Shown here in pieces: positions 59,898 to 64,000 of a stretch of 64,000 nt of DNA; positions within the stretch are counted from its first letter, which is position 1; each line of letters begins with the position of its first letter. This DNA is from a virus: positions 1 to 64,000 of IMG/VR virus record IMGVR_UViG_3300045988_011313. The stretch is one strand, 5' to 3'. Under the pieces are notes generated by a model, which made no database searches, was not told the DNA's origin, and was given only the letters and a program-made list of their open reading frames with translations. The translations under genes were made by a program, and so were the position numbers.

Positions 59898-61190
59898 ATG
59901 AGTGGAGAAACAATTAAATTAATTGAGGAGGGGATAGAGAAACTATATAACTCCTTAATGGACAAGCCACTTCGAGTATTAGACATATTCAATGATTTCT
60001 TTGGAGAGGATAAAGTTGATATGCAAGGGTATTGGAGTTTGGACAAGTTCAAACTTTGGATGTATACAGAGCCTTTATCTACTTATATCTCTGTTGGTAA
60101 TATAGACAGGAATGACTGGAATATATATGAAACACAGGCTATTACTGATTTACCTGAAGACCAAGTAGGAAAGGCTGTTAATATGCTTACAAGTACTATG
60201 GCAAAAGAAAGAATTGGTAATGCTAAGTTCAGTAACATATTCATTCTTGTACATTTTCCTCATGTAAGAGTAACTAATGAGCATGATAGATTTGTGGATA
60301 TTAACCATCTGTGGGCTAAGGTGAAAGTAATGTATGATGGCACATTGAATGGTGGATTTACACTTAATAGGTCAGAATATACTATGCTTCACATTAGTAG
60401 TGGATATATGCACAGTCATATCAGTAGTATTCCTAAAGGTGACTTTACCCGTTTTCAGAATCCTTGCACAGGCAGTGGTCCTATTAATGGTACTATTGGT
60501 GCCCTCAATAGGGACTATGATGAGGATATGTGGAATATGTTCTGTCTTGAGCTAAGTAAGTATGTAACTGTAGAGTCCGTTGCTGGCAGACCTTATAAAT
60601 ATTTGGAAAAGTTAGGTACCAATGATATGGAAATAGGTATAGATAGATTCATTACATATCTGTCTCCTGATTACCATGGAAATGTCATTACTCCTAATAA
60701 ATTCAAGGAGTTTGTAAGGTACTTTATTAGCACTAAGAAGCTCAAATTTAACTATGTCAATGGTTCTTATTCTATTGGAATGTCACTTATTGAATTTATT
60801 GTACTCATCAGTAATGAGTTCATTAAATGGTATAATGACCAGTTCAATAAAGAGGAATTAACTATTAAGTTTGCAGACTTGAAGAGACATGGTATCTTGA
60901 AAGAGTGCATCATAGACAATGAAAAGATTTACTATGATAGGAGCAGGGATAATGTAAACAACTATGCTCAGTATATAGGCAAGAAAGTCTGTGTATTCAA
61001 GGGAAGAGAGATAACTGTAGATATTACAGATATTGCAGAAGTGAAGAATGAGAACAAGAGTATAATTCTTAATACTCATACTGCATTATACATATTAACA
61101 ACAATACTCAAAGTATTAAATTACAGGTATGGAAGAAACAAAGCAACCCACGAAGGTAATCAGCTTGGTACAGAAGTCAGGTATCTATAA
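59898..61190 (+). CDS. hypothetical protein (430 aa), possible E2-like (UBC-fold) component
   Basis: Central FILVHFPHVRV...YMHSHISSIPKGDFTRFQNPCTGSG (His motif followed by a Cys loop). Lies directly upstream of the JAB and E1 genes. Weak, inference only. Confidence 0.3.
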   Translation: MSGETIKLIEEGIEKLYNSLMDKPLRVLDIFNDFFGEDKVDMQGYWSLDKFKLWMYTEPLSTYISVGNIDRNDWNIYETQAITDLPEDQVGKAVNMLTSTMAKERIGNAKFSNIFILVHFPHVRVTNEHDRFVDINHLWAKVKVMYDGTLNGGFTLNRSEYTMLHISSGYMHSHISSIPKGDFTRFQNPCTGSGPINGTIGALNRDYDEDMWNMFCLELSKYVTVESVAGRPYKYLEKLGTNDMEIGIDRFITYLSPDYHGNVITPNKFKEFVRYFISTKKLKFNYVNGSYSIGMSLIEFIVLISNEFIKWYNDQFNKEELTIKFADLKRHGILKECIIDNEKIYYDRSRDNVNNYAQYIGKKVCVFKGREITVDITDIAEVKNENKSIILNTHTALYILTTILKVLNYRYGRNKATHEGNQLGTEVRYL

Positions 61191-62337
61191 TTATAAGCTG
61201 ATTATTCCAGCAGAAGTGGAAAGAAAGATAAGGTTTACCTGTCAGAAGGTATGGAATACTGAATGGTCAGGTACATTGTTCTTTACACATGAAGGCTCAT
61301 TTGAGAATAATGACCTTGTGATAAGATGTGTGGACATTTATATCATGGATATTGGAACTCAAGCCTATACAGAGTTTGATATGAATCCTGATGTAATATC
61401 CTACATGTGTGAAAATCCTGAATTGCTAGATTGTCAGATGGGTCTTATACATTCCCATAACAATATGAGTACTTTCTTTAGTGGAACAGATACTGCTACT
61501 CTAAAGGAAGAAGGCAGGGATAGAAACAATTTTGTGTCTCTTATTGTGAATAATGCAGGTTCCTATACTGCTGCAATTACAAGGAGAGTCAAGTCAAAGC
61601 AGGTCAGGGAGTCTGTATCTTATGAGTTCTTTGGTGATGGTGAAAAACAGGACACTAAGGAATATGTAAGTGATGCAGATGAGATTGAGTGGTTCTATCT
61701 TAAAATAGAGAAAGAAGATGAGAATTATTCCTTTCCAGACATGGCAGCAAGACTTGAGGAAATCAAACAGGCTAAAGCAGAGAAAGCCAAGAAAGTGCAG
61801 ACACCTGTATATCAAAGTGGCTATAAGCATACTATTGCTAATTCCCATGATACAAAGGCAGGTCCAGCAAATCTTGTCAAGAAGGAAGCTGATAAGCCTA
61901 AGGTAGACCAGCCATCCCTCTTTGACAATGTGGATGATTTGCCATTTGATGATAACTATAGTCTGCCTTATGGTCAGGTGACACTTGATAAAGTCACTTT
62001 GAAATCTCTTGTACTCCAATTGGTTACAGGCAGTATTCTTATTTCTAATGATAGTAAGATTGATATTCCTAAATGGGCTAAGTCAATGTCTACATTGTAT
62101 GAAAAGAGATTTGGCAAGGGTGAAGAAGGCATGGAAAATTTCAAAATGTGGGCAGATACCTATACAGAATATCTGACATGGTATGTGACAGATGAGAAAT
62201 TAGAAAAGCTTGGCTTTGATGAAACAGAAATTTGTGCTATTTGTGCCCATGATATGATAGAGGAGCTTACAAAACTTCCTGAAAATGATTATATCAAAGG
62301 GTATATTGATGCACTTCAAAAATACTTAATATTATGA
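61129..62337 (+). CDS. JAB/MPN (JAMM) metallopeptidase-domain protein (402 aa)
   Basis: Upstream Glu (NTEWSGTLFF) and an exact JAMM motif HSHNNMSTFFSGTD (HxHx7Sx2D). The start overlaps the upstream ORF by 62 nt and the stop overlaps the E1 start (ATGA). Confidence 0.75.
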   Translation: MEETKQPTKVISLVQKSGIYNYKLIIPAEVERKIRFTCQKVWNTEWSGTLFFTHEGSFENNDLVIRCVDIYIMDIGTQAYTEFDMNPDVISYMCENPELLDCQMGLIHSHNNMSTFFSGTDTATLKEEGRDRNNFVSLIVNNAGSYTAAITRRVKSKQVRESVSYEFFGDGEKQDTKEYVSDADEIEWFYLKIEKEDENYSFPDMAARLEEIKQAKAEKAKKVQTPVYQSGYKHTIANSHDTKAGPANLVKKEADKPKVDQPSLFDNVDDLPFDDNYSLPYGQVTLDKVTLKSLVLQLVTGSILISNDSKIDIPKWAKSMSTLYEKRFGKGEEGMENFKMWADTYTEYLTWYVTDEKLEKLGFDETEICAICAHDMIEELTKLPENDYIKGYIDALQKYLIL

Positions 62338-63230
62338 ATGAAGAAGTAACAATTTCACCAGAAATAATTGACAGGTATCTTGCAGGGGTACCTATCCCTG
62401 TACCTGTAGAGGATGGTGACAGCATTAGCTTTGAACTTTCAGAAGAAGAACAGGCTATTCTTGACCAAGCTGTAGAAGATGCACATCAGGAAATACCATC
62501 AAACTCTGCAACTTTGCTTGTAGATGAAACTACAAGTAGGTTTAGTTCTGCCATTTGGTATGAGAACATTCAGAAGAAAACTGTCATTTTGGCAGGTGTA
62601 GGTGGCATTGGTAGTTATGTAGGCTTCTTATTGGCAAGGATGAAGCCAGCTTCTATGTTTATCTATGATAATGACATAGTAGAAGCTGTCAATATGTCAG
62701 GTCAGTTGTATGGTCAGTCTGATTTAGGTAGGTCTAAAGTATCTGCACTGGCTGAGATGATTAGAAACTATGCTAACTATAGTAGTGTCTTTGCAATAAA
62801 TGAAAGATTCACTGATGAATCTGAAGCATCAGACATTATGATTTGTGGCTTTGATAATATGGCAGCAAGAAAACTTTTCTTTAATAAATGGGTAAATCAT
62901 GTTCAATCCAAACCAGAGGAGGAAAGGAAGAATTGCCTGTTCATTGATGGTAGGTTGGCAGCAGAGGAGTTTCAGGTATTGTGTATTAAGGGAGATGATG
63001 AGTATAACATCAATAGGTACAATAATGAGTTCCTATTCTCTGATGCAGAAGCTGATGAGACTGTCTGCTCCTATAAACAAACTACCTTCTGTGCAAATAT
63101 GATTGCATCCTATATGGTCAATCTGTTTGTGAACTTTTGTGCTAATCAGTGTGAGCCTCTCATTGACAGAGACTTGCCATTCCTTACCACATATAATGCA
63201 GAGACAATGTATCTTAAAACTGAAGTATAA
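62334..63230 (+). CDS. ThiF/MoeB/E1-like adenylyltransferase (298 aa)
   Basis: LAGVGGIGSYVGFLLARM (GxGxxG Rossmann), IYDNDIVEAVNMSGQLY (DxDxV..sN..rQ-like) and ICGFDNMAARKLF. Confidence 0.75.
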   Translation: MNEEVTISPEIIDRYLAGVPIPVPVEDGDSISFELSEEEQAILDQAVEDAHQEIPSNSATLLVDETTSRFSSAIWYENIQKKTVILAGVGGIGSYVGFLLARMKPASMFIYDNDIVEAVNMSGQLYGQSDLGRSKVSALAEMIRNYANYSSVFAINERFTDESEASDIMICGFDNMAARKLFFNKWVNHVQSKPEEERKNCLFIDGRLAAEEFQVLCIKGDDEYNINRYNNEFLFSDAEADETVCSYKQTTFCANMIASYMVNLFVNFCANQCEPLIDRDLPFLTTYNAETMYLKTEV

Positions 63231-63994
63231 TGGAATTTAGCCAAAGATTTGTATATAGTGCTATAGGAGTCTTCAATAGTAGTGATACCAATGGTGTAGC
63301 TTGGCTTAGGAGTGAGTTATCTCTTGATAGTAACAATGTATTTAGTAGAAGCCTTGTTGTTGAAGTAGATGATAATGAGGTAGAGATACCTGTGATTGCA
63401 AGAGAACACTTTGAGGGTTTAGTGTCAGAGAAGATAGACCACCCATTAGCTGTAGGAACCAAGAGGATAATACTGCCATTGTATGATAATGCACCAAGTC
63501 AGGAGAGAAGAACTTTTGATAGTATCATAAAGCAGTTGTTTACTAATGTAAGATGTCATGAAAGATTGCAGAAGATAACTACCAACAGGGGTGAAGTGTA
63601 TTATGGTGGCAAAGGTATTATCTTTGATGAAAGCTATACCCCATTGCTATTATGTACATTAACTGCAAGAAAGGTACATACAGAAGAAGGTGGCAATAGT
63701 ATGGTCTATTATAGACCTGTATGCCATGTTAGCCCTAAAGTATTCTTAGAGTCTGACAAGTTGATTAACAAAGGTATTATTAAGAAACTTATTCCTATCT
63801 ATACAAGTAGAGAGGTAAGTCTTCCTAATTACAATTTTGATGTCAATCCAGAGAGTAAAAAGGTGAAAGTTGTAGTGGATAATTTTGATAAGTTCTTTAT
63901 AGAGCCTATCAAGCCTACTCCATCTGCCACTACTAATGATGCACTGAATGAATGCCTTATTGACAATATGGATGACATAATGATGTTGATATGA
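63230..63994 (+). CDS. hypothetical protein (254 aa), translationally coupled to the E1-like gene
   Basis: TAATG overlap with the E1 stop. No motif recognised. Confidence 0.45.
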   Translation: MEFSQRFVYSAIGVFNSSDTNGVAWLRSELSLDSNNVFSRSLVVEVDDNEVEIPVIAREHFEGLVSEKIDHPLAVGTKRIILPLYDNAPSQERRTFDSIIKQLFTNVRCHERLQKITTNRGEVYYGGKGIIFDESYTPLLLCTLTARKVHTEEGGNSMVYYRPVCHVSPKVFLESDKLINKGIIKKLIPIYTSREVSLPNYNFDVNPESKKVKVVVDNFDKFFIEPIKPTPSATTNDALNECLIDNMDDIMMLI

Positions 63995-64000
63995 CATTAG

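Noticed and set aside
61129-61190. The 62-nt overlap between the 430-aa ORF and the JAB ORF, as a programmed frameshift producing a fusion protein.
   Set aside because: No slippery heptamer or homopolymer is visible in the overlap. An ordinary overlapping start (ATG 61129) explains it. It is mentioned only within the cassette finding.
1-64000. Stop-codon reassignment (TAG or TGA recoding), which is known in some crAss-like lineages.
   Set aside because: All large late and replication genes are uninterrupted in the standard code. The ORF-poor gaps contain all three stop codons in every frame. No tRNA with a clean CTA, TCA or TTA anticodon was found. The only candidate is the odd loop CCCTTAA at 40122..40194, which is reported separately.

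Overview
This 64 kb window looks like part of a crAss-like (Crassvirales-type) podophage of a Bacteroidota host. It is AT-rich, has no Shine-Dalgarno-type leaders, and carries host-type TTG/TAnnTTTG promoter boxes. All calls were made by eye from the sequence and the ORF track, with no searches run. Hand-derived RNA, promoter and terminator coordinates are good to about +/-2 nt.

Layout:
- (1) 1-36.8 kb, minus strand: late module. It holds large virion/cargo and tail proteins, a tandem paralogue pair, major capsid protein, scaffold-like protein, a lysis-like cluster, three fibre genes, portal, TerL, a GroES-like co-chaperonin and small regulators. It is punctuated by rho-independent terminators and a repeated promoter motif.
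- (2) 36.8-41.4 kb, minus strand: an array of 28 tRNA-type genes. It is interrupted by an HNH endonuclease / Dps-like island and two small ORFs.
- (3) 41.4-42.5 kb: divergent control region.
- (4) 42.5-64 kb, plus strand: early/replication module. It holds many small ORFs, two tRNA-Arg genes, a tmRNA, a PRTase-like gene, an SPFH/membrane cluster, a glucosaminidase-like hydrolase, an SF2 helicase, a DnaB-like helicase, a RecA-fold ATPase, a Toprim primase and, at the end, a coupled cassette.

Most interesting observations:
- (a) The cassette encodes a beta-grasp (ubiquitin-like) fusion protein, a possible E2-like protein, a JAMM/JAB peptidase and a ThiF/E1-like enzyme.
- (b) Two paralogous tRNA-sized genes carry Ile anticodon loops (UAU, GAU). 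They lack a D-arm in the normal position and carry a D-loop-like GGTT segment 3' of the anticodon arm. They are the only Ile decoders in an otherwise 20-amino-acid set.
- (c) A phage-encoded tmRNA with tag reading frame GNTSYRVAA*.
- (d) Several other non-canonical tRNA-like elements.

I saw no evidence of stop-codon recoding, CRISPR arrays or integrases.
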